From Dendrobates tinctorius (lineage: Eukaryota), in NCBI RefSeq assembly GCF_039654945.1, contig NW_027361825.1, forward strand, positions 21,204,001-21,268,000: DNA of 64,000 bases, given 5' to 3'. Positions 38,701 through 52,849 of the stretch are shown in pieces. Made by a program: the position numbers and the translations under genes. The notes under the pieces are model-generated. The model worked only from the letters and a program-made list of their open reading frames with translations, had not been told where the DNA came from and did no database searches. Every line of letters begins with the position of its first letter. Positions within the stretch are counted from its first letter, which is position 1.

Positions 38701-41700
38701 AAGACTTGTCTGCCCTATAGAAATGAATAGCCCCTTGGTGGCGCTCCTGGCCATTGTACGTGTCCGGCCGACCCTGTGCATATCTGTGAGACGTGCTGGG
38801 GACGGTCAGTGACGTCCCCCGCTCTCGCTGTCCTCGCAGGTGGAGATCTGGGAAGAGCTGCAGACGTTAAGACGAGACATTCACAGCCTGGAGGAGGAGA
38901 AATCCCAAGTGGCCAATGAGGTCAAGGAAATGACGGTGAGTGTTGGGGTCACCAGATGTCATTGAGTCGTATAGAGCGTGTATCGATTAGTCTTATATAA
39001 TGAGGTCACACGTGATTTGTGGGGGGTCAGAGCTCCAATCCTCTGCTTCCCTTCACAGTACCATTCAGTTGGAATTCTGACTACGTACAGCCACCACTAG
39101 GGGGAGCTCACTACATGTATATAGCAAATTGGTATAGAAATATTTGTATTAAAACTTAACTTTTAATCTTACATTTTTTAAGGAGCTCACTACATACAGA
39201 TTTATACAGCCACCACTAGGGAGAGCTCATTGTCTAGAGCTTTATACAGCCACCACCATCGGAGCTCACTACATACAGGTTTATACAGCCGTCACTAGGG
39301 GGAGCTCGCTGTATATGGATTTATACAGCCACCACTGGAGGGAGCTCATTGTATGGGTATAAAGTGACTGGATTTCTTTTGCAGAGGAGTTTGTTTAGTA
39401 ATATAGAGAGTGGGCATGTGTCGTCAATAGGTTTGTCATTCTGCTATAAACATCATGATTTCTGGATTCCCTAATTCTCCCTCTTTTCCCCTCAGCTGAC
39501 ACACGATCGTCAGGATCTGCCATCGGTAAGGATCTTCATTTTCCTGAAGGGGCGAGGCCTAATAGGGGAGGCGGAGTTTAGCGTCTGGTCTATAGCAGAC
39601 GCAGCGGTGGGGAAGAGCTGCTGCAGCCGGTAGCCTGACAGCCAGACACGAGTGTGATCTTATATGGGGGGGGGGTGGAGAGGAAAACGACTGATCACTG
39701 GGGACACTGATAGGAGTTTGTGGCAAGCATAAGGAATTACATATAAGACCTGCTGAGACTTGTGGTTCCTCATCACTATAATTACATTTGTGATTTAGAT
39801 CCCCAGGTATCTGACAATCAGAAACAGAGGGAAGGAGATCCGACAACAGCTGTCCGCTCTCTACCGGCAGGAGAACGATCTGGAAGAGTCATTCTACGTT
39901 CGGGCCCTTAAGTTGCCTAATCGGACCCATCCGGGTACAGTGAGTAGCAAACAAAAAACCCTGGGAAGGTGAGGGTGGTAAAGAAAAAGAACAGACAGGC
40001 TGTAACAGCGCCAGTGTCCATGGTGTAAGTATCTGGTGCTGTGGTTTTCATGTGAATTAAACTGAGCTGCAGTACCCGGCAGAGCCATGCACAAGAGGGG
40101 CGCTGTGTCTGCAGCTTGTGGGGGCCTCTGCCACAGAGTTCTTCTGCATGCAGGGTAATAATTTGCAGCTCACGTCGTCTCATTCTTTCTACAGCCTGTT
40201 GGGTCTGAAAGCAACGCGCGGCTGCTGGAGGTTGTTGGACAGAAGGCCGGTAAGGATGGGGATGCGGTGTGTGAACAGTCCCATAGTCAAGGAGTGGTTA
40301 AACATCTGCCCATACGTGGTATATATTGCAGATATACCAGACACGACCCATGGCACGTTGTGCAGCAGACAGTTTTATTTTTTCGATAATGCTGCCATGT
40401 CAGAGTTCAGCTCTGAAGGCAGCAAAACTCTGCATGCGTTTACCTGTTGTCGCCACCAGGGGGAGCTCAGTATATTAGGCTAATCAAGACTGAAACATCC
40501 ATGTGCCAGGTCTATAACAGGTGGTGGCGCTGGTTAAACCCTTCCGGAATGGGTGATCATTTTTTTTATTTACTTTTGTGCTTCCATTTTTTTCCTCCCT
40601 CTATTCCATCAGCTCTAACTTTTGCTTTTCTTTCTTTTTTCTCTGCAGTGTTTTCTGTTTGGAATAATTCATTGTAATATTCTCATACTATAGTATTTTA
40701 CACATGTGGCAATTCCAAATATGTTTTATTTTTTATGTAGCTGTAAAAACCTTTTATTAGTTTTTCACTTTCATTTATGTGAACCTGGGATTGTTTGTTC
40801 AAAACCTTGCTCTGTATACTATAATACCGCACCCTGGTGCAGACATATTATTCCCACCATATTAAGGATCATAGAGACTATCCCCGGGGGCCTGAACTAA
40901 AGGACTAAAGTGCAGTAAAATATCCCACCATATTTACGTCTTACAGAAGTTGGTGGGATTTTGTGCCAATGCCCCATGGTGTCGCTCTGGACCCCACATC
41001 CACTGCTGCCATGATGGTGGTCTCATGATCACCGGCCCTGCAGATGTTCGCTCCGGTACAGGCAGCTCTTCAGGGTCCGGAGGAGACTATATCTTAATTT
41101 TATTGTTTTTTTTGCTTCCAGAGTTTGATTTTAAAGTTCGAGGTCACCTGGAAATTGGGGAGGATCTGGACATCATCAGACAGAGGTATCCCGTCCCAGC
41201 GGTCGTCCTGCCCCTTCTCTGCTTTTGTGTTCTGACGGCAGACTTCTTTATTGTTGGGTATTATCACATAACGGGCTTTGGCCGGAGGCAGTTTCCAGCC
41301 TGCGCTCCTGTCTGCGTAATGTGACAGTATCGTGCACATGTCAGCACCTGATGGCGGCTTTATTAGCTGCTGCGGAGCCCATGGCCGGGACCATTACAGA
41401 TAATTATCCCTGCGCCCTCCAGGTAAAGCTTTGTCATGTAAGGGACACATTGTACCGAGTAGATGTATAGAGCCAGCTCTCCGAGGGACACGTGGGGTGG
41501 TGACGCATCAGTCTGGGGGGGCACGTGTGGTGGTGGCGTATCTCTTTAGGGGGCACGTGTGGTGGTGGCGTATCTCTCTAGGGGGCACATATGGTGGTGG
41601 CGCATCTGACGTGGATTCTGTCCTGTTCCTTCAGGCGTCTCTCACACATCTCTGGGAACCGCTGTTACTACCTGCGGGGGTCCGGCTCCATGTTGCAGCA

Positions 41701-44700
41701 CGCGCTGGTGAACTTCACTATCACCAAACTCGTAAAGAAGGTAAACGGACGAGCTCACCATCATCACTTGTGACCGGAGCAATAAGGGGCTTGCTGACCG
41801 CTGTTCTCAATCGCTCAGCCAGCCCCCTTCTCTGTACAGGATTATCTAGACTGGATTCATTGCAGAAGACGAGGAATGGAGATCTGTTACCCAAAAGGGA
41901 GACCCTCCAACCCCAGAGCAGTTTACCACGGTCATCCAAACTTACTGATCGGTGGGGTCTGACAACTGGACCCTGCATGCGATCAGCATCACAGGAAATT
42001 ATCCCCAGTACACATGTCGACTGCTGCACCATTCGTTCTCTATGGAGGACAGCACTTGGCAGCCCCAAGGAATGGATGGAGCAGAGGTTGTACTTGTGCA
42101 CAGCTGATCCGTGCGGGCCCCAGCAGACAAATCCCCTCTCATCAACAAGTTACTACCTGTGCTGTGTGTACACGATGGCTTCTTATCACCGGACAACCCC
42201 TTTAAAGTCATTGACTGTATAGGGAACAGAACGCTGTCCCATCCCCAGTAATGCATCAGTGCTGCAGCCCCTCCATTATTCTCAGGACTGATGAGGGTCC
42301 GTGCTTATTATTTTCTCCTTTTTTCTCTCTGTTGCAGGGATTTATTCCTCTCTCTGTCCCAGACATGCTGAAAGGAGCCGTATTTGTGAGTCTTCTTCAT
42401 ATCCATTTTGCTTCCTTTCTTAAATGGATGTTCGGGGGGAGGGGTGCAGGTTAAGAATGTCCGGAACCATAAACATACTCTTTATTTTTATATAGCGCTA
42501 ACATATTCCGCAGCGCTTTATAGTTTGCACACGTTATCATCACTGTCCCCGATGGGGATCACAATCTAAATTCCCTATCAGTATGTCTTTGGAATGTGGG
42601 AGGAAACCCACGCAAACACGGGGAGAACATACAAACTCCTTGCAGATGTTGTCATTGGTGGGATTCGAACCCAGGCTGCAGCGCTAACCACTGAGCCACC
42701 ATGCTGCCCATGGAGAGGTTGTTTACCCAGAAAAGTCTGATAATCTGCCCCTCATTAATGACAATTCTTGCTCCTGTGACCAGTAGTCTGCTTTATCCTG
42801 CTCATGGATATTGAGCCCGTGGATTAGCTGAGTGGAGCCCACAACTCTCCGTTATTCTGCCTTAATAGCCTTTTGTTGCTTGTGTGTGCCCCCTGCCTGA
42901 CCTATACACTCCCCCCATGTCCCAGGAGGGTTGCGGCATGCAGCCGACCGCCCACAGCTCGCAGGTCTACAGCTTGGATCCATCTGCCCACCCCGACCTG
43001 CATTTGGCAGGGACCTCGGAGGTTGGAATCGCAGGTAATTACATGTCCGGGCCTCATTTTACAGAATGACCAGTGCGTCTGGGATTCGCTAGTAGGTTGG
43101 GGATGAGTCCATTTTGCTCACGTTTCATTCCTGGTCGCTTTCTTGTATTCTCAGGTTATTTTATGGATCATGCAGTAGAATTGTCAGATCTGCCCATTCG
43201 GTGAGTTTTTACTTTCTGGTATCTAGAAGAAGGAGCTTGAGGGTTCTCCGGTGCTGCATCAGGAGGTGAGCAGTGCTGGTGATGGTGGTTCTGCACATAC
43301 CTGCCAGGACGCGTGCATAATCGCTGAGTCTTGTCCTCTGGTTGCAGCATATAAGGACCGCTATCTGCTAGTTGTGAGTGAAACCCGGCAGGTATGTGCC
43401 GATGCACTAGCACCCCTCACCTCCCGATGCAGAAGTAGGCAGCACCGGATAATTCTTTTAGTATATAAAACCCCGACCATATGGTAATCCGCGCCCGCTT
43501 TCAGCCTCCTCTCTATATTTTTCTGTTTTTCATCGGCAGGATTGTTTGCTGCAGCACATGTTACCGAGCAGAGACCGACACCGGCCGGGAAACGTGGGGT
43601 CTCTACCGAGTTCACCATTTCACCAAGGTCGCTGTCTTTCCTCGGGGTGTCTCGGGGCACAATCCTTTTCTCCGGAGAGGTGGTCACCATATTGGCGTCT
43701 TTTGCAGGTGGAGATGTTTGGGGTCACCGCTGATGAGACTGGTAACGAGAGTCAGGAGTTACTGGAGGAGTTTCTGGACCTGCAGAAAGAGATTTTCTCC
43801 GATCTGGGGTTACACTTTCAGTGAGTAAAAGCATAGATCCTCGTGGACCCTGGGAATCTCGGGAAGATGCTGGTTTATCCAGTGGATCCGAATTTCTGCA
43901 CGCTGCACTATTCCTGCAGCCGTAAGTAATGAAACTCCCTATGGAGCCTGTGATGGAAGGGGGAACCATGTGGGCAAAAAGGGCTGCATCCGTCACCAGT
44001 CTGTCCCATACTGTTCGTACACGTGACTGTATCTGGGTATAACATTTTCCTTGTGATGTTTCTAGTGTTTTGGAAATGCCAAGTGAGGAACTTGGGCTCC
44101 CCGCTTACCGGAAATGTGACATAGAGGCCTGGATGCCAGGGCGAGGGAAGTACGGAGAGGTGCGTACTCCATGTTAATTACTCGTTCTGCAGCCAGAGCA
44201 GCTCCTCTCTATGTAGTACCAGAGCTGTCAGCAGAGGGCACTACGAGGGGTCATTCCTTATACACGTTTACCTCCATATAGTGCTCATATTATTATTCCC
44301 GTTCCCCAAGATTTCCAGTGCATCAAACTGCACCGATTTCCAGAGCCGGAGGCTGAACATCATGTACCGGAGACCTGATGGAGAGCTGCGGCACGCTCAC
44401 ACGGTGAGATTACTGCACCCCACCCAGGGACATGTCATTGCCCAGAATCGGACATCAGTGCTGTGCGCAAAATGCATTTGTCACTTATCTCATATATTGA
44501 TAATCATTATCTATTGGTGGTCCGGGCCCCCCAGTGATCAGCTGTCAGAAGATCATAGATGTACACGGAGTGGATTCAGAACAACACAGCGCCACACACT
44601 GTAGTGGCCATTCTCAGGTACTGCAGCTCGGCTTCTATTAAAGGGAATCTATCTCCCCATTTTTGGACTATGAGCTGCCGGCACCGCCATCAGGGGCTTA

Positions 44701-46145
44701 TCTGCAGCATTCTTATCCTTTACGGGGGGGCCGTCCGATCTTGGTCCGATGGATGTCGCAGTCCGGCGCCTCCCATCATCTAAAGGTGATGTCCTCTTCT
44801 TTGCTTCCCGTCGTATCTGCTGTGCAGGAACACTCTGCTCTGCCCTGTTGAAGGCAGAGTAAAGTACTGCAGTGCACAGGCGCCGGGTAAGGTCAGAGAG
44901 GTCCAGCGCCTGCGCACTGCAGTACTCTGCTCTGCCCTCAACAGGGCAGAGCAGAGTGTGCCTGCGCAGGAGCTACGACGGGAATCAAAGAAGAGGACGT
45001 TACCGTTAGAAGATGGGAGGCGCCAGACCGGACCGCTACACCCAGTCGACCAAAACCGGACCTGGACCACCCCTGGGTGAGTATAATCTAACTCATTTTT
45101 TCTTCTCTTTCAGGTTACATCGGGGGCTTATCTACAGCATTACAGAATGCTGTAGATATTCCCCTGATGGCGGTGCCGGCAGCTGATAATCGAAAAATGG
45201 GGTGACAGATTCCCTTTAAAGTGAATGAGCTGCAGTACCTGTAATGGCCACTACACGGTGTAAGGAGCCGCAATGTTCTGCTTCTTTATACACCCGTCCA
45301 CTAACAGCTAATTGGTGGGATGGTGTTTGCCTGGCAGCAATCTCTATAGGGCTGGAGATAACCGTATTCTGCCCAAATTTAGCCAGGATTTTAATTAAGA
45401 TTTCAAATATCATCTTTTCTGCTAGTTGTAATGCCCAGTCCGATAGTCCGGCACCCCAGCTCCAGCACTGTATCGTCTGCGGACCTGTACTGAGTCTGTA
45501 TCCTATAATTGCAGATTAACGGCACAGCGTGCGCGGTCCCCCGGCTCATCATTGCCATTCTGGAATCTAACCAGTTACAGGTGAGTCTTGGAGGGTTTCT
45601 ATGACTGATCCCACTCTCTAAAGGCTTTGTACTTTATAAGAAAACATGGCTGCCTCCTACTGGATTGCGGCTGATTTTGCAGCTTTGTTCTGTGTTAATG
45701 GGACTAAGCTGTAATACCAGACGAATCCTGCGGACAGGTGTGACGCTGTTTTGTTCTTCTAATCCTGGACTGTACCTTTTGCTATAAGTCTGACTAATGA
45801 TGGTCCCAGACGTACAGCTGACATCTCTTCTTTAAGGGATCATCTAGCACTCAGACTCTAATAACCAATCCTTAGACTAGGTCATCAGTATCCGATCAGT
45901 TGGGGTCTGCCACCGCTGGTCGTGCAGTGGTATGACCCTCATCTTAAGCATGTCCATGGTGTATAGTAGTACAAGCGTCCATGCTGTAGCCCTTATACCC
46001 TGCTGTCCTTTTTCTTTAGGATGGTCGGGTGCATATCCCTGAGGTCCTCCAGCCGTTCATGGGTGCTGACGTCATAGACAAACCATCGTACACTCCACAG
46101 AAATATATAGGACCGAACCAGAGAAAGAAGCCAAACAAGATGTGA
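34962..46145 (+). CDS. SARS2: Mitochondrial seryl-tRNA synthetase, 505 aa, 16 exons
   Basis: Exons 34962-35204, 38840-38935, 39496-39525, 39799-39939, 40195-40249, 41122-41185, 41635-41740, 42338-42385, 42926-43034, 43155-43200, 43540-43627, 43708-43820, 44066-44159, 44311-44403, 45515-45580 and 46020-46145 (1518 nt, all GT-AG, open frame). Motifs [21 protein letters not shown]...[30 protein letters not shown] and [18 protein letters not shown] at 46417. Confidence 0.97.
35379..37734 (-). mobile_element. Internally deleted hAT transposon with C-terminal transposase fragment (ORF 35787-36431)
   Basis: TIRs CAGGGCTGTGGAGTCGG / CCGACTCCGAAGCCCTG, 8-bp TSD TTTCACAC; hAT dimerisation motif [22 protein letters not shown]. 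Confidence 0.92.
36913..37410. mobile_element. Young GC/CpG-rich palindromic Harbinger-type MITE nested in the hAT
   Basis: TAA|GGCTGGTTTCACATTAGCG...CGCTAATGTGAAACCACCC|TTA; ~245-bp arms almost perfectly complementary about ~37161. Confidence 0.92.
39085..39355. repeat. Short ~40-bp tandem repeat carrying CCACTAGGGGGAGCTC
   Basis: TACAGCCACCACTAGGGGGAGCTCACTACAT recurs about five times. Confidence 0.7.
42481..42709 (-). mobile_element. tRNA-derived SINE (V-SINE-like) with L2-type tail
   Basis: Minus strand begins GGGCAGCATGGTGGCTCAGTGGTTAGC (A box)...GGTTCGAATCCC (B box), then the GTATGTTCTCCCCGTGTTTGCGTGGGTTTCCTCC core, ending GCGCTATATAAAAATAAA. Confidence 0.85.
44642..45215. mobile_element. 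T2/Kolobok-type MITE nested in the loop of an older palindromic element (~44510-45310)
   Basis: TTAA|AGGGAATCT...ACAGATTCCCT|TTAA; flanks GTAGTGGCCATT...AGGTACTGCAGCTC and GAGCTGCAGTACCT...AATGGCCACTAC are inverted. Confidence 0.85.
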
Positions 46146-48162
46146 CTGGGGCAGAGAATGAGATGAAAACTTTCCCTTATTACATTAATGTCTAAGGCTC
46201 CTGCTCCTGGTACATAGCAGTGATCTGAAGCTGCCACCAGTGGGAGCCCCTTACATACAAGTTTATGTAGCTCCCATTGCATTCAGCACTTGCTGTAGCA
46301 GTTAGCTCCCCCTAGTGGTGGCTTCGTCTATGCAGGATTTTATTATTTATCAAGTCAGAAAATCGGATCTTCACTAATATGAAATGAATCAGGACCCGAA
46401 TGTGGATATTACCTTTAATAAAGGTGGGGTACAGTCCATTCTGCATCTTTGGCGCTACAATTTTAATGTGCTTCTGTCTTGAGCAGCATCTGCCTCCCCC
46501 GCTGTGACCGCTGAATGCTCAAGTAGCCGCCATGTTAGTCCCCTTTCAACATCCAGTCACACACCGAGCTCCATAAGGGAACGGCGATGTCACTATATAC
46601 TGGAACGCTGCGATATTACAGTATATGGTGTAAGAAATCAAACAATCACAGGTTCAAGTCCCATAAGAGAAACTGAAAAGTAAAAGAGGGAAAAAAGGTT
46701 TAGAAAAAAATATGAAATTTCTAGTAAAAATAAAAAACTTAAATATAAAAATTATATTTACTGTTAAATGTTTTTTTTATTTAATACCAATTTTTTTTTT
46801 TTTTTTTATCTTAGTTATCGCTGTAATGACTCCGGTCTGGAGCCTCATGTTTTCAGGATATTTATCACACAACGAACGCCATTTAAAACAAATCACCCCC
46901 ACAAAAAAAAGCAATGGTGGGATTGTGTTGTATGGTGTTTCCCCCCAATTCTACTACACTTGGATTTTTCTTCTGTTTTTCAATACGTTATGCGGTAAAA
47001 TGAGCGTCGCTCAAAACTACAATTTATCTCGCAAAAATCAAGCCCTCATAAGGATAAGGCAATGGAATAGTAAAAGGAAAAAACGTTTTGGTCCTTGGAA
47101 GAAGGAATGTAAAAGAACACAGGAGCAAAGACAATAATTCCTGTGTCTTTAAGGGGCAATGATCATTGTGTACACAACTGCTGATGAGGATTATGGTTTT
47201 ATAGCCGTCTAAGTTTATTGATCCAAGAGAGGTCGTCGTGGTCGGTTATGACTGGAGAAATTTCACAAGCTTTTAGATAGGGGGGTTCCCAGCACCCAGA
47301 TTCCGACCACTATCACTAAAATGGGGGGGCAGTAGTAGTGAGAATCTGTGGTCCTGAGTGAGAATGATCCTTCATGTGGGGTCTCTCCACTTGGATTCAT
47401 TCAAAACTTTTGAATAGTCTCTACATGTCAAAAATGTTTGTGCACATTAAAGGGTCACTCCATCACTTTTCTCATATAATAAGTCACCAGTAATTTTCAA
47501 GCTGTGTGATCCACTGTATCCCCTCTCACTTGCAGCCACCATTGCCCTCCTCACCCTGGCATTTGTTATGGGGAGCTGTGTCATGCAATCTTCAGTCAGA
47601 CCACCAGTCCTGTGAATGCTGTAAGCCATTGTTCCTCAATTTGTGGCTCTCCAACTGTCTAAAAAGTACAACTTCCATCATGCCCTGGCAGTTGTAGGTT
47701 GTGATGGTGTGAGGGGAATTGTAGACTTCAGTTTTGGACTTGGAGATGAAAGATGAGTGCTGTGACCAGAATCTCCTGCCAGCATAAAACTAGAGCACAC
47801 GAGAAGCTTATCACAAGCAGGAGCCAGAAGAGCACACAAGTAGGAGAGGAAAAAAAGGGGGACGCACATAGGGTGATATTGAAAGGTACAGATAAGAAGG
47901 GACTTATGGAGTTGTTCACCTGAAAGGGTTGTGATTGTCACAACACCAATAATTACCCATGAATATTCCAGCTACTGCATTCCTGTTGCCAAACAAAGGA
48001 TAATTCTCTTTTGCATATTGATTAACAGAAAAAGGAGATTGACGTTTCAGAGTAGACAGCGCTGCTGTATGAAGGAAGCCATTCCAGAGTGGAATAGCAA
48101 TTTTGTATTTTTTATTTTTATGCATTTCGTGATCACACCGAGCTATTTTTCAAAAACAAACT

Positions 48163-48846
48163 TGTCATGCTGCCGCTGTATACTCACCCAGCCTCCGCTC
48201 CCGCGCCGCAGCCCCCCGCCGTTCGGCAGCTGTGGCAGCCCCTTCTGACAGGTCCGCAGCCGACGGCATCAATGGCAGACCAGGCAGGGGTATATCAGGC
48301 CGTCCTCCTTTGAGGGAGGCGCCTGATCGTCGTGTTTGCTAGCACACTGGGCCCTGCTTCCTCGTGTACTCTCTGCAGTCCCGTAGTCCTGTCTTCCGTG
48401 GTTCCTGCAGCAGTCCTGTATTCCGTGGGTCCTGCTATCTATGCTCCAGTCCTGCTTCCCATGTTCCTGCTCCGTCCAGCTGTCTATGCTCCAGTCCTGC
48501 AGTCCTACTCCGGTCCTGGCTCCAGTGATCCTGCTCTGTCCTGCTGTCTATGCTCCAGTCCCGCAGTCCTACTCCGGTCCTGGCTCCAGTGATCCCACTT
48601 CGTCCTACTATCCCTTGTCCGGCCCTGCAATCCTACTCTGGTCCTACCTTCTACAGTCTCGTGCTCCTACTCCTGTACGTTCTGAGCCACCCCTCTTGGT
48701 ACCAACTATCGTGGTACCTGGGCCTGCTCCTAACGATCCCTGTATAGGGGTCGGCTCCACCTGGCAGCTTGCCCTGGGCCCCTCGGTGCCACGATCCAGA
48801 GGGCCCACTCCTGGAGAGTTTCCTCACCTGACCAGCCGTGGTAACA
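48163..48846. mobile_element. Probable solo LTR (Gypsy-like) inside a palindromic MITE (~48020-49010)
   Basis: TGTCA...TAACA termini, 5-bp flanks AAACT/GAACT, internal short tandem duplications; the flanking arms are reverse complements. Confidence 0.65.
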
Positions 48847-50279
48847 GAACTACATAGCACTTATGTTGTTTGTTTTTGAAAAAGATCTTGGTGCGAGCAC
48901 AAAACATGTAAAAATACAAACTACGAAATTGCTATTCCACTCTGGAGCTGCTTCTTTCATGCAGCAGCGTAGTCCACCCTGAAATGTCAATCTCCTTTTT
49001 CTGTCACAAGCAGGAGCCAGAAGAGCCCACGCTCTTATTACAAGAAGCTTACAAGCTGATTACAAGAAGGATGATGCTGCATCACCTAAAATACACTGAA
49101 ACTATTCAGGTTGAGGGGATACAAGTTCTGTCACTAATCTATTACAGACTGTCCCTAGATTGGGGCAATGCGATGAGACTGCCTGCTCTGCAAAGACCTA
49201 GGCACCCATATTAAAAGGAATCAAAACTATGTAGACTTTTTTCTTTTGCTCAGAGCCTTGCTGCGTCTTGCTGACTTTCTTTACTTCCTTCTAAATCCTT
49301 GAAAAACAAGAGTTAAAGAGGGCATCTTTCATCCCCAAGTTCAAAATGACTTAATATAGATATTGGATTGTTTCTGAATCTCATTGAATGTGCTGCCAAA
49401 TGTAGTTTGAACGGACCCTGAAGCACACATTGGAGAACCTATTAAAGCTGGGGCGAACCGGTGATTTTGGCTGCAGCACAGGTTGCTCAGCCAATGATTG
49501 CTGAACGGTGCAAGTGAATGGGTCTGGTGAAAGGAGTCTCCAAATGTCGATATTGGGGAACATTCTTGCCCAGTACCCTGACTCTGGCAGCAGTAAGCTG
49601 TGTTCCTTGCCGGATTGAATGATCATGTCAGGGACAATAAGCTGCCGGCAGCCATGACTTAACGCTCCGGCTGTCAAACAAAGCACGACTGACATTTTGC
49701 GGGAAGTCCTGCAGGTTTGTTCTTTAGTAATAGGTTTTTCTGCTTTCTGACTCAATAGTCACATTATGCAGTGAGACAACACACTAATGTGGTCGGGGAT
49801 TGTGGTGGCTCCAGGCTTGTTTCCATCCCCGTCCAGGTGGCAGGCAGGAGCCCCTGCAGCGAGCAGTCTACACACAAAGGCGAAGACAATGGAGAGGAGG
49901 ACACCTGCCGGGGATCTGCCGGGAACAATAGGAAGAGGCGGATGGAACAGCGACTATTTATACAATAACGGCAGGTCTGCCACCGACACCAGATATTAAT
50001 TCTCTCTGTATTATTCCCTTGGCGTGCTCCACAGTACATCGGCGCGGTGTAAAATGTGAATACGGTCTCACGTAACCTATCCCTTTACTGTGCATCCACA
50101 TGGGGTAGAAATGCAGAAAATCCACAGTGTAACATAAGATGCATTGTGGATAAGATCTGATCACATCACATTTACACGCAATGGAAGATTCAGAAATCTT
50201 GCAATTTTCTCACTGTTCACTGAGCTTAAGACAAGACTCATACTTCCTGATCTGTTCTGATCACCAAAGACAGGATTAC

Positions 50280-50870
50280 ACAATTCACAATGGGTGATAT
50301 CACAGCTCACCTCCTCCCCCTCCCATACAATGACTGATATCACCTTTATATATTGTAGATATCATAGGATCCACCATGTACAATAGGTGATGTCACAGAT
50401 CACTTCCTCACCCTCTTGTACAATGACTGATAACTCCTCTATACACAGCACATAACACAGGATCCACCATATACAACAGGTGATGTCATAGCTTACTTCC
50501 TCCCCCTCCTGTACAATGACCAATAACACCTCTATATTGTAGATATTGTAAACTCCACCATGTACAACAGGTGATGTCACAGCTTACCTCCCCCTCCTAT
50601 ACAATGACTAATAACACCTCTATATACAGCAGATAACACAGGGTCCACCATATAAAACAGGTGATGTCACAGCTCACCTCCTCCCCTCCTGTATAATTAC
50701 TGATAAAACCTCTATATATTGTAGATATCATAGACCCCACCATGTACAATAGGGGATGTTAGAGCTCACCTCCTTCGTCCTGTACAATGCCGGATAACAT
50801 CTCTACATACAGTAGATAACACAGGATCTACAAATCATAATAGGTGATGTCACAGCTCACCTACTGCCAC
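50280..50870. repeat. ~92-bp tandem repeat (about 7 units)
   Basis: GGTGATGTCACAGCTCACCTCCTCCCCTCCTGTACAATGACTGATAACACCTCTATA recurs. Confidence 0.85.
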
Positions 50871-50950
50871 TCACTTAAGAATGACCATCAGCATGTGCAG
50901 AAAAAAAATCTGTAAAAATCACTAAGTCAGAGTCAGTCTGTTGCTACCTA

Positions 50951-52571
<1,621 letters not shown>

Positions 52572-52849
52572 TATGTCCATATGACTGGTCAAAAGAGCTG
52601 GAAGTATGAGCCTAATGTTAGACCAAGTGTGAGAATTGTAATATTTGTGTTTATTTTTTAAATATAGGGAAAATAAATAATGTTTATGAAAAATAAGTTT
52701 AACATTAAAATCTGATCTGAACAATAGGCCATATTCTGATGACACATTTCCTTTAATACCCCATATGACAGCCGCAAGACCAAACTTAGATCACAACATC
52801 AGTTACTTAATCTGTAGGAGATTGGGTCTCGTGGTTGCAATTACACAGG

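Noticed and set aside
39496-39525. 30-nt SARS2 micro-exon as a novelty
   Set aside because: Fits the ordinary 16-exon vertebrate SARS2 structure.
41431-42222. 263-aa ORF within SARS2
   Set aside because: Overlaps exon 7 out of frame and runs through intronic repeats; no recognisable domain.
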